27,642 nucleotides of DNA from Candidatus Zixiibacteriota bacterium (GTDB lineage Bacteria > Zixibacteria > MSB-5A5 > GN15 > FEB-12), in assembly GCA_041742355.1 (NCBI GenBank), contig JBGSIV010000179.1, positions 1 through 27,642 of the forward strand, written 5' to 3'. Positions 9,694 through 17,989 of the stretch are shown here, in pieces (the first letter of the stretch is position 1; every line of letters begins with the position of its first letter). The notes beneath the pieces are model-generated. The model ran no database searches. It was not told the DNA's origin and saw only the letters and a program-made list of their open reading frames with translations. Position numbers and translations under genes: made by a program.

Positions 9694-10743
9694 TCAGCAG
9701 CCTTCGTCGACGGAGCCGTCGCAGTCGTTGTCGATACCGTCGGCGCAGACTTCAACGGAGCCGGGGTAGATGGAGGGGTCAGAATCATCGCAATCAATCG
9801 GGCCGACACAGCAGGGGCCGCCGGCGCCGTAACCATCGCCATCTGCATCGGTGCAGCCGCATTCAAAGTCCGCGCAATCGGTGAAGCCATCGCAGTCGTT
9901 GTCGATACCATCGGCACAGATTTCTGAGGCGCCGGGGTTAATCGCAGCATTGGTATCGTCGCAGTCGCCGGAGGCGCAGCAGGGGCCGACGCCGTAACCG
10001 TCGCCGTCGAGGTCGGTGCAGCCGCAGTCGAGGTCGCTGCAGTCGGTAAAGCCGTCGCAGTCGTTGTCGAGTAGATCATCACAGATTTCGGCGGCGCCGG
10101 GATTGACGGTGGGCTGGAAGTCATTGCAGTCGGCCGGGAGGCCGTCGGTGTCATCCGGGTCGCCCGGGTTGCAGGGGTCGTATCCATCGGCGTCCTGATC
10201 GAGGCAGAGAGCCGGGCCGCAGAGGCCGCCGTTGTCAAGCTGGCGCCAGTTGGTGCCGTCGCAGTAGCACGGCTCGTTCTGGGAGCCGTCGTAGTAGAGC
10301 AACCCGCGGGTGGAAGGGACGCACGGGAGGGGGGTGTCGGTGGCGGCGAAGAAGACGGTGCCGGATTGGAGGGCGTTGGGAACGGAGGCGAGGCGGGTGC
10401 GCGGGAGGATTTCCTGGTTGTCGACCTCGACGGAGAGCCAGCGGTCGTCGCGGAAGACGGAGTCATCGATGGGATTAAGCGAGCCGAGCAGGACGTGGAA
10501 GAGGCCGCCGGAGACGGTGATGTTCTGGGTTTCGGTCCAGACGGCGGCGCCGATGACCTGGTCGTCGTAAATGCGGAAGGTCACGGCATAGGTGCTGTCG
10601 GGGACGGGGTCGCCGGCGTTGTCGAGGAGGCGGCCCTGGTAGTTGACGAGGGAGGGGACGCCGGCGGTGGCGATAATGACGGCGGCGGCGAGGGCGAAGA
10701 GGCCGAAGCCGGCGGTCACGAGAGAACGGCGGGAATGGTTCAC
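9694..10743 (-). CDS. Secreted protein with an N-terminal 'NYQGRL' beta-domain and three Cys/Asp-rich putative metal-binding (MopE-related) repeats
   Basis: Hydrophobic signal-like N-terminus; VPSLVNYQGRLLDNAGDPV...; repeats DxDxDGY...DC(D/N)DxxxxxxPGxxE(I/V)CxDxxDNDCDG x3. GTG 10743 follows GAGG (ATG 10755 is an alternative start). Confidence 0.88.
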   Translation of the reverse strand: MNHSRRSLVTAGFGLFALAAAVIIATAGVPSLVNYQGRLLDNAGDPVPDSTYAVTFRIYDDQVIGAAVWTETQNITVSGGLFHVLLGSLNPIDDSVFRDDRWLSVEVDNQEILPRTRLASVPNALQSGTVFFAATDTPLPCVPSTRGLLYYDGSQNEPCYCDGTNWRQLDNGGLCGPALCLDQDADGYDPCNPGDPDDTDGLPADCNDFQPTVNPGAAEICDDLLDNDCDGFTDCSDLDCGCTDLDGDGYGVGPCCASGDCDDTNAAINPGASEICADGIDNDCDGFTDCADFECGCTDADGDGYGAGGPCCVGPIDCDDSDPSIYPGSVEVCADGIDNDCDGSVDEGC

Positions 10744-10845
10744 AGGGCACCTCATATTTGCATATGGCAGGAAGCGGTTGTTCCGGTTTCGAAGCGACCC
10801 GGTCGGCGCTGCGATGCCGGCCGAGGCGGCGGGGTGACTGAACGT

Positions 10846-10874
10846 AATATAGCTGGACCAACGTAGTCTGTCAA
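10846..10874 (-). promoter_or_regulatory. Putative sigma70 promoter for the MopE-repeat gene
   Basis: Minus strand TTGACA (10874-10869), 17 nt, TATATT (10851-10846). Confidence 0.65.
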
Positions 10875-10934
10875 GGGAGATAGGCAAGCGGATGGCCGGA
10901 GAAGGCGGATTCTTCGGAGCGCGGCCCAGAAGCG

Positions 10935-10963
10935 TTGCAATTTGGATTTAAATACTCTATTAT
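10935..10963 (+). promoter_or_regulatory. Putative divergent sigma70 promoter
   Basis: TTGCAA (10935-10940), 17 nt AT-rich spacer, TATTAT (10958-10963). Confidence 0.5.
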
Positions 10964-11047
10964 GACAGTCGGCAGCAGTCGATGGCGGCGCCTCCGGGCG
11001 GGCGGTGGCGGCGGCAAGGCTCTGGCAGCGAAGAAAGGAGTGGCGGC

Positions 11048-11092
11048 ATGATCACAGGGGTTGACACGATGTTTTATACATCGCGGCCGGGG
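11048..11092 (+). pseudogene. Possible 5' remnant of a VOC/glyoxalase-family gene
   Basis: AAGGAG RBS, then MITGVDTMFYTSRP, which resembles VOC N-termini of the 'MIxGVHTMFYSS' type as I recall them. The resemblance ends just before a hairpin at ~11110. Confidence 0.4.
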
Positions 11093-11215
11093 GTTCGAGG
11101 GCGGGACAGGTCAAGAGCGGTGAAGCTCCTGACCTGTCTGTCGGGGTTGCCGTGTGCGAGCGCGTTGGCGGACGGCCCGGCTCCAAAGGGAGTCAATCGC
11201 GCGGGCGTCGGGCGC

Positions 11216-11923
11216 CTACTCCCCCGGTTTCCAGACTTTCCAGACTTTGCCGACGAGGTCGGGGCCGGGTTTGAGGGTCATTTTGCCCGGCTGCCATTCG
11301 GCCGGGGTGGCCTCGGCTCCTTTCGCCTTGCGGACGAGCTGGAAGGCGTGTATCTGGCGCAGGGTTTCGTCGATATTTCGTCCGACGGGCGGGGTCATGA
11401 TTTCGTACGCCTGCACGACGCCGTCGGGGTCGATGAGGAATCGTCCGCGGACGTTGATTCCCATGTTTTCGTCGTAGACGCCGTAGATTTTGCCGAGGTT
11501 CCCTCCCTGGTCGGCGATCATGGGGAAGGGGATTCCGCCGGCGTGCATTTTGGAGAGCTCTTCTTCGTCCCAGATTTTGTGAACGAACTGCGAATCGACC
11601 GAGACCGAGAACACATGGACATCGAGTTCCTGCAACGCAGGATATTTGGCGGCGACCGTCGCCAATTCGGTCGGTCAGACAAAGGTGAAGTCGCCGGGGT
11701 AGAAGCAGAGCATGACCCAGTGGCCCAGCGAATCGGAGAGTTTGACGCTTTTGAAGGCACCTTTGTGGTACGCGGGGGCTTCGAAATCGGGGGCTTTGCG
11801 CCCAACCTGGACAGCCATGGGACGGACCTCCTTTGGCGATTGGAGTTGCGAGTCGGGGGCGGGTTCGCCGGCGTCGCCAACCACCCGACCGGTGGGGCGA
11901 GCGCAGCCGACAGGTTCAGCCAT
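11216..11923 (-). CDS. prxU: Selenocysteine-containing AhpC-type peroxiredoxin (PrxU-like), 235 aa with UGA read as Sec
   Basis: ORFs 11675..12127 and 11216..11665 are in the same frame and join through TGA at 11677-11675, giving [15 protein letters not shown] where AhpC has FYPxDFTFVCPTE. Downstream motifs [18 protein letters not shown] and GRNIDE. AAGGAGG RBS before ATG 11923. Confidence 0.93.
11646..11674 (-). promoter_or_regulatory. Putative bacterial SECIS hairpin immediately 3' of the Sec UGA
   Basis: mRNA reads UGA CCGACCGAA UUGGCGACGGUCGCCGCCAA. GGCGA/UCGCC or UUGGCG/CGCCAA can pair, with a G-containing loop about 16 nt after the UGA. Confidence 0.6.
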
Positions 11924-11976
11924 ACGGACCTCCTTGGTGCGGGCCATGTTGCCCGCGGGAATGCTGTGTCGTGGAT

Positions 11977-12004
11977 ATAATAGGCGATGAACGTTCAGAG
12001 TCAA
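11977..12004 (-). promoter_or_regulatory. Putative sigma70 promoter of prxU with a palindrome in the spacer
   Basis: Minus strand TTGACT (12004-11999), 16 nt, TATTAT (11982-11977). Perfect palindrome TGAACGTTCA at 11988-11997. Confidence 0.55.
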
Positions 12005-12319
12005 GGGTACCCGCCACGGAATCGCGCCTTTTCCGGCCGGGAGCGAGTGGATGTGCCGCTGCGGGAGAGCAGCCGGTGCGGGTGTCGCGGTCCGTGGCGG
12101 CGGGGCGAATGCGGGGGGGCGGAACATATGGATTCCGGCGGCGTTTAGGGGTATGTGATGGGCTGCCTCTCGGGGCGGGCCCGCGGATGGATAGCGAGGC
12201 CTGCGCTCCTACCCTTGAACTCTCCCGACACTGCCGTTGCCGACAAAGGATATGCACCGCACAGGCAGCACCAGGTGGGCCAAGAACATAGAGACTATGC
12301 AAATGCGGAAGGTGTTTCC

Positions 12320-13354
12320 ATGAATCGTTCTGTTTCGGGTGAAGCGATGGCCACCCCCAGTGAAAAAGTCATACGCAAGCAGTTGGCGCCATTCCAGCAG
12401 CCGGATAGAAAACGCAGTATCTGGCAGATAATCAATTCCATCGTTCCCTACGGTTTGCTCTGGGTGGGGGCGTGGTACGCGATGGGGTATTCGTACTGGC
12501 TGGCGTTGCCGTTCATTATCGTGGCGGCCGGGTTCATGATCCGGACGTTCATTATCTTTCACGACTGCGGGCACGGGTCGTTTTTCAGGTCCAAGAAGGC
12601 GAACAACTTCTGGGGGACGGTGACCGGAATCCTGACGTTCACCCCTTACCATTACTGGCGGGCGAGCCATGCGCGTCACCACGCGACCTCGGCGAATCTC
12701 GATCAGCGGGGGTTCGGGGATGTGTGGATGATGACGGTCAAGGAGTACCAGAATGCATCGAAATTCGAGCGGTTGAAGTACCGGTTGTACCGCAATCCGC
12801 TGGTGATGTTTTTGCTCGGGCCGCTGTTCATGTCGCTGATCACGCACCGGTTAGTCCGCCACAAAGCCAACCGTGCGGAGCGCCTGAGCGTGTATTTCAC
12901 CAATCTCGGGATACTGGTGATGGCGGTGGGTATCAGCTGGGCGATCGGGTGGAAAGCGTACCTGGCGATTCAGTTGCCGATTATGTTCATGGCGCAGGTG
13001 ATGGGGATCTGGCTGTTTTATGTCCAGCACCAGTTCGAGGGGGTGTACTGGGCGCCGCAGCAGGATTGGGACTTCGTGGCGGCGTCGCTGCACGGCGGGT
13101 CGTACTATGCGCTGCCGAAAGTGCTCAATTGGTTTACGGGGAGTATCGGGTACCATCACGTGCACCATCTGAATTCTCGGATTCCGAACTACTACCTGGC
13201 GAAGTGCCATGAAGAGGTGAAGGAGCTGCAGGTGGCGCCGAAGGTGGGAATCTGGAAGGGGCTGAAGTCGCTCGGGTACCGGTTGTGGGATGAGGAGCAG
13301 AATCGTCTGGTGGGGTTCGGGGTGTTGCGTCAGAAGCGGGCGCAGGCGGCGTAG
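12320..13354 (+). CDS. Membrane fatty acid (acyl-lipid) desaturase, Bacillus Des-like
   Basis: His boxes HDCGH, HARHH and HHVHH plus WLFYVQHQFE; several hydrophobic segments. ATG 12320 follows GGAAGG (12347 is an alternative start). Confidence 0.93.
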   Translation: MNRSVSGEAMATPSEKVIRKQLAPFQQPDRKRSIWQIINSIVPYGLLWVGAWYAMGYSYWLALPFIIVAAGFMIRTFIIFHDCGHGSFFRSKKANNFWGTVTGILTFTPYHYWRASHARHHATSANLDQRGFGDVWMMTVKEYQNASKFERLKYRLYRNPLVMFLLGPLFMSLITHRLVRHKANRAERLSVYFTNLGILVMAVGISWAIGWKAYLAIQLPIMFMAQVMGIWLFYVQHQFEGVYWAPQQDWDFVAASLHGGSYYALPKVLNWFTGSIGYHHVHHLNSRIPNYYLAKCHEEVKELQVAPKVGIWKGLKSLGYRLWDEEQNRLVGFGVLRQKRAQAA

Positions 13355-13477
13355 AAAGGCGCACGGACAATCGGACGCAAGCGGCAGGGCACCAATCCAT
13401 GAATTGAAAGTAAGCGGGCACGATCCGTGAAGATCGTGCCCGGTGCATGTTCGGTCGAGGGGTTGCCGCGGGAACGG

Positions 13478-14017
13478 CTATTGAGCGGTCGAATCGGAGT
13501 CATCGGGTTGGTTGACCGGTTCGGGAGATGTCGTCTCTGGAGCCGCCATGAGAACACCCGGGGCATACGTGATAAACTGGAAGTTCGCTTGGGCGGGATT
13601 GCCGGCGTCGTCGACGACATAGACGAAGAGTCTGCCGCTGCCGGAGTTGGTGAAAACAAATCTTTTGAAAGAGCACGGAGTGACCAGAGTGATATACTGG
13701 TTGTAGAAGTAGGTATAGCCGCTGATGGCAATTTCGTAGCGGGATGAAGCAGCATTCCAAGTGCAGGTGAAGTTGGGGCTGCCGGAGATAATTGAGGCAT
13801 CGGCCATGACAAAGCCGCCGCAGATGGGGGCGCCGATGGGTGAGACCTCGCAGGGGGCGGCGCCGCCCTTGAAGAGGTAGTTGACCATTACGGTCAGGTC
13901 GGAGACGGTGTTCTTGCCGTCGCAGTTAGCGTCGCCGCCGTTCTTGGGGTTGTCGGCGAGGACGTTCGGGCCCGCCCACAGGCAGGCGGCCAGCAGCAGG
14001 ACGCACAGGTGCTTCAT
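13478..14017 (-). CDS. Secreted protein (179 aa) with a single N-terminal dockerin-like repeat
   Basis: GGAGG RBS; signal peptide MKHLCVLLLAACLWAGPNVLA; GDANCDGKNTVSDLTVMVNYLFKGGAAPC resembles the C-terminal repeat of the 5017-8715 protein. Confidence 0.85.
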   Translation of the reverse strand: MKHLCVLLLAACLWAGPNVLADNPKNGGDANCDGKNTVSDLTVMVNYLFKGGAAPCEVSPIGAPICGGFVMADASIISGSPNFTCTWNAASSRYEIAISGYTYFYNQYITLVTPCSFKRFVFTNSGSGRLFVYVVDDAGNPAQANFQFITYAPGVLMAAPETTSPEPVNQPDDSDSTAQ

Positions 14018-14410
14018 GGAGACCTCCGTTGGGTGATCGGATAAATGGGCTGTTCGAGACCTGCGCTGTCGGTTCGGTGATGCGGGGAACCAGACCTTTG
14101 TTTGAGCTGCAGGTAATGTAACCATTCGGGTGGGAGGGGCAAGGGAAAAGGGGGAACAAAGGAGCCTAAAGAAGATCTATGGGGGCATGATTAGGGCGGG
14201 GCGGTGCTTCTGGGGGATCCTGCGGCGAGGCGCGACAGAGGAAGATGTACAGTAAATCAAGTCGAGTTTCTCGGGAGCGTCGTTCCCTCGGAACCCGACC
14301 TACGAGCGAGATTGCTTCGGCGCTTTGCGCCTTCAAAGGAGGTGTCAGGCGGGGTCGCCTGACACCACAATCAAAATGTCCTGACCCGCAGGAGCAGCCG
14401 TAGCAGGCTG

Positions 14411-14514
14411 CCCGCAGCAGAGCTGCGGGTTACCTCGTCGTAGCAAGCGACCCGCAGCAGAGCTGCGGGTTACCGGTTCGTATCAAACTGCCCGCAGCAG
14501 AGCTGCGGGTTACC
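14411..14514 (+). repeat. Three copies of the hairpin CCCGCAGCAGAGCTGCGGGTTACC with a 40-bp period
   Basis: Copies start at 14411, 14451 and 14491, with a lone copy at ~27145. Other REP-like hairpins flank them (~14260-14303, 14341-14366, 14558-14585). Confidence 0.92.
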
Positions 14515-14589
14515 CGGTCAAACGGAAATGGTATTCCTGGCTGCCCGATAGGTCAATGGCAGGATCCTGGGGGATCCTGCCCTACAGGA

Positions 14590-14766
14590 CTATTTGTTGT
14601 AGAGCCAGGCCTCGGCTTTATGCATAGCGCTCTGGGCGTCGCCAGCCTCGCCGACACGGGACCATCCGGCCCAAGAGACATAGATGTCATGCGACCGGGG
14701 ATCCCACTTCACTTCGTAAGACTTGCCGGACGGGGATTTGACTTTCCCGATGATTTCTGCACTCAC
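14590..14766 (-). CDS. Small hypothetical protein (58 aa)
   Basis: AGGAGGTG RBS then GTG 14766: MSAEIIGKVKSPSGKSYEVKWDPRSHDIYVSWAGWSRVGEAGDAQSAMHKAEAWLYNK. A near-consensus promoter lies upstream. Confidence 0.8.
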   Translation of the reverse strand: MSAEIIGKVKSPSGKSYEVKWDPRSHDIYVSWAGWSRVGEAGDAQSAMHKAEAWLYNK

Positions 14767-14813
14767 GAAACACCTCCTGTAACCTGCGGGGGATTTCACG
14801 CGGCATTTGCGGC

Positions 14814-14842
14814 AGTATAGTGGATAGGGGGGTCGGTGTCAA
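14814..14842 (-). promoter_or_regulatory. Putative sigma70 promoter for the 58-aa gene
   Basis: Minus strand TTGACA (14842-14837), 17 nt, TATACT (14819-14814). Confidence 0.7.
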
Positions 14843-14918
14843 GAGAGGGCACGCCTTGGCGATGCGAAATGTTCGGAGACTTACGGATCCCTCAACAGGC
14901 TGGGGTTACCGGTTTGAA

Positions 14919-17813
14919 TTATTTCGCTTGCCCATCCTCATCGCAAAACGTCTTGATGAAGAGACGAGCCGCAACATCGTTGGAGATTTTCTTGGAATAC
15001 TCCTCTGCATGAGTCCGGAAAAAGCCTCGCAATAAGGGTCCAGCCGCATCAACAGCGTTACTCCATACAAACTCGAGTTCGGAACGAGTCTCGTCGGGTA
15101 GTTGTGATTTCCGATCGATATTCAAGAGCAGAGCATTTGTGACGTGGATAAGCCACTCAAGCTGGAAAACTTCTGGGACCGCGGCTTTCCAGAGCTTGGC
15201 CACAAAGCGAACAAAGACATTGACGAAAGACGCCCGATTTGAGCCTGGCAGAGCTATTTGATGCATCAGATGAAACAAGCGAGCGGTCAGCCTGTAATCA
15301 TCCTGGAATGCTATGTCAGATAGCTGGTCCTCGTTAAATGCGAGGAACGTATAGAAGCGAGATGCCAGTGTTCCAAGGATTTTGGAGTGCTCCGGCCGTT
15401 CTATATTTACGCTCTTCTCGTAAGCGAGCAAGAGAGGAATAATGTTGATGGCGAGGATCTGTTTTGTCTTAAGGTACCGAATCAGCCTTAGATCATTGGT
15501 CATCAGTGGGGCGCTGCAGGTACGAGCCGCTTCGAGCGACGCCAGAAGCCAATCGTCGAAGAGAAGCGTTTCTTCTGGTTCAAGGGGAACGCTGGAGGGG
15601 CTTCGGGATGAAACCCACTGAATAGACTTGGATTTACGGAGAAATTCCCAGAGGACGCGGAGATCATGAATCTCGTCTTGAAGTAGTTCCTTCTGCGCAG
15701 TTTCGAGCACGAGAGAATGAATAAGTATCTTCTTCTCTAAGCGTTCCAATGCCGGCAGTAGGCCAGTAGCCGATAGATCCAACAAGACCATGTAGTCGAA
15801 GACGATGCTGTTTGCATCTGCATATACCCTCTCCATGTCGGCGACGAAATCGCTACCAGGGATGGAAAATTCAACTCTGTACATTGGATCATCGCGCGTG
15901 CAGATAAAGGAGGCGTACGATTGCCCAGTCTGCTTCGCGAAAACACTGGTTGGAATGGGCTCAGTTGTGAAGGTTTGCCGAGTTCGAATGTAATTGTCGC
16001 GTTGCGATATCATCAACCCTTTCATCTCCGGAGTAATCTCTCCCGTCTCGTCGAGAGCCTGAACAGAGCGGACGACGTCTTCGTCTGGGAAGTGCTGCTG
16101 TATTTCAGCCATCGCGGAAATCAGGCGATCCCCTGTGTCCTTGCCAGTCGTCTTCGCGTAGCGAAATGCGACGGCTCCATAGTGCTGCAGAACAGCTATC
16201 TTCAGATGATCGGGAACTGAGGCGTTTGAGGCGAGGTGCCTAGCGCGGTTGACTGCATCAATTGCACGTTGCTCGTCCGCTGCTAGCACGGCGACGATGG
16301 ACACCTGCAACCAGTAGAATGGATCAGTCGAAGCGATGCTGTTTGTCGTAAGGCCAGACAGCAGGGCGTTGGCCTGTTCGACTCCACCTCTCCAAAGAAA
16401 CTTTCCTGCAAGTGAGATCTGCTCGCGGACGGTCACTTGGTCCCGCCTGATATCACTTTGGAGTACGGCGAGAGCTTCATCAAACTCTCGATTATTGATC
16501 TGCGTTGTGAACTTCAAAACATCAAACTGATGTTGCATTTCGTCGGAGAGTGACTGGCGCGCAAGTTCATTCAGTTGAGTTAGCGCATCACCGAATTGCC
16601 GGAGGAGAACGAGCGTTTGAGCTCGCCTGAAAAGCAAATTCTGGATCAGGTGAGACTTATTCTGGTCGTCGGCTAATTGCTTCGCCCTGTCGAGGAAATG
16701 CAGCGCTTGTTCGACCGCGGGTGCATCTGGAGGAACGGGGACGAAATCTTCGGGGGACTCCTCAACACTAGCGGTCGCAATCTGGTTTGCGACTATTGCG
16801 TTCGCTAAGGCGAGGTTGGTCTCAGCTATGTCAGGATCCAGATTGTGGCTCAGCTTAGCGACTTCAAGGGCTCTCAGCACGTCGCCTGATTCTATGAGAA
16901 TCTCTGAAAAAGTGGTCAGCAACTGCCAATACCCGTCAAAAGCTATCTTTAGCTTGCCAGCCAACGCATCAACGAAGTCAGTAGCTTGTTGAGCGCCCTT
17001 ATGTCTGTAAGTTGTCCACATTGCTCCGCCAATAAGCGCGCGCAATTCAGTTGGGTCCAGTGCAGTCTTATTGTCAACAGACTTCCAAATAGCCATCATT
17101 TTATCGTAGCCAGCCTTGATTTGGTCTGGATCATCATAGCCTACCAAGGCCACTGCTGCGTTAATGCGGGGAAGCAGAATAGTGGGATCGGTATCCACCG
17201 CCTTATTGAAGAAGCGGACCGCCTCGTTGGGGACTCCCATGGGTTGCGGAAAGTTGTAGGATACTCCCAAGCTATTCAAGATCTTCGCCCGTTGACGCTT
17301 AGAGTCGCGCGGGAGTTGGTCAACTTCGGCAAGCAGTTCGTGCAACGCTGCACGGGCTTCTGATAGTTGAAACATTTCTATCATGGACAGCGCTTCTTTA
17401 TGGCGTGTACGAAAGGACTTCGTAACTTCATCGATCTCGGAAGAATCGACCTCGGGAGGCAATTCAACTGGCATTGCGGGAGGCGTGGCAGGTGGTTTTT
17501 CCGCTTCTGAAAGAACAGATTGGTGCTCAGGCATTCCTGCGACGATGTTGATGCGAACGTTTTGCATATCACCGGCATTGAAGATAACGCTACCGTTGAA
17601 AGCGGTGTCTGGTGTAGGAGGCGAAGATTCACGGGAATCGGTTCGCCCATCTTTCCAGGACCGAGAACGCTTCAGCATAAGGCCGACTATTATTATCAGG
17701 CCCATTAGGACACTGAGCCCAACACCAAGCCACTCAGGAATGTCTTCGACCACATAGGGTAAAAGGAAAAAGAACGCGGCAAGCGCGATTTGAATGAGTA
17801 AGTCCCGCGTCAT
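14919..17813 (-). CDS. Two N-terminal TM helices + TPR array + C-terminal PIN-like RNase domain; candidate defence protein
   Basis: LLIQIALAAFFFLLPYV and WLGVGLSVLMGLIIIVGLML (TM-like); ILNSLGVSY...AVRFFNKAVDTDP and other TPR-like helices; SIVFD...IHSLVLE...ASLEAA...LMTNDLRL (PIN-like). Visibly lower GC and atypical codons. Start uncertain (17813, or upstream to 17891). Confidence 0.82.
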   Translation of the reverse strand: MTRDLLIQIALAAFFFLLPYVVEDIPEWLGVGLSVLMGLIIIVGLMLKRSRSWKDGRTDSRESSPPTPDTAFNGSVIFNAGDMQNVRINIVAGMPEHQSVLSEAEKPPATPPAMPVELPPEVDSSEIDEVTKSFRTRHKEALSMIEMFQLSEARAALHELLAEVDQLPRDSKRQRAKILNSLGVSYNFPQPMGVPNEAVRFFNKAVDTDPTILLPRINAAVALVGYDDPDQIKAGYDKMMAIWKSVDNKTALDPTELRALIGGAMWTTYRHKGAQQATDFVDALAGKLKIAFDGYWQLLTTFSEILIESGDVLRALEVAKLSHNLDPDIAETNLALANAIVANQIATASVEESPEDFVPVPPDAPAVEQALHFLDRAKQLADDQNKSHLIQNLLFRRAQTLVLLRQFGDALTQLNELARQSLSDEMQHQFDVLKFTTQINNREFDEALAVLQSDIRRDQVTVREQISLAGKFLWRGGVEQANALLSGLTTNSIASTDPFYWLQVSIVAVLAADEQRAIDAVNRARHLASNASVPDHLKIAVLQHYGAVAFRYAKTTGKDTGDRLISAMAEIQQHFPDEDVVRSVQALDETGEITPEMKGLMISQRDNYIRTRQTFTTEPIPTSVFAKQTGQSYASFICTRDDPMYRVEFSIPGSDFVADMERVYADANSIVFDYMVLLDLSATGLLPALERLEKKILIHSLVLETAQKELLQDEIHDLRVLWEFLRKSKSIQWVSSRSPSSVPLEPEETLLFDDWLLASLEAARTCSAPLMTNDLRLIRYLKTKQILAINIIPLLLAYEKSVNIERPEHSKILGTLASRFYTFLAFNEDQLSDIAFQDDYRLTARLFHLMHQIALPGSNRASFVNVFVRFVAKLWKAAVPEVFQLEWLIHVTNALLLNIDRKSQLPDETRSELEFVWSNAVDAAGPLLRGFFRTHAEEYSKKISNDVAARLFIKTFCDEDGQAK

Positions 17814-17989
17814 ATAGTGATTGCTCACTTGTGGCAGCCCGCTGTGGATTCCATGCATATTTAACATAAGCTGTAACATGGGTGTCTGCAACCCTAAAAC
17901 TCCCCCTCTTGCGCACCCTGGCCTTTTCCCTTATCTTCCCCCCCATTGAAGTTGTATAAGTCCATATCTCGCAATACATGGAGGCTCGC

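Noticed and set aside
11216..12127. Peroxiredoxin pseudogene or two separate genes
   Set aside because: The single stop is UGA at exactly the catalytic Cys position with both halves intact and in frame, so Sec recoding is the better explanation.
14411..14514. Mini CRISPR array (24-bp palindromic repeat x3)
   Set aside because: Spacers are only 16 nt and resemble each other (CGTAGCAAGC / CGTATCAAAC), the repeat also occurs singly at ~27145, and no cas genes are present. It is a tandem REP-like repeat.
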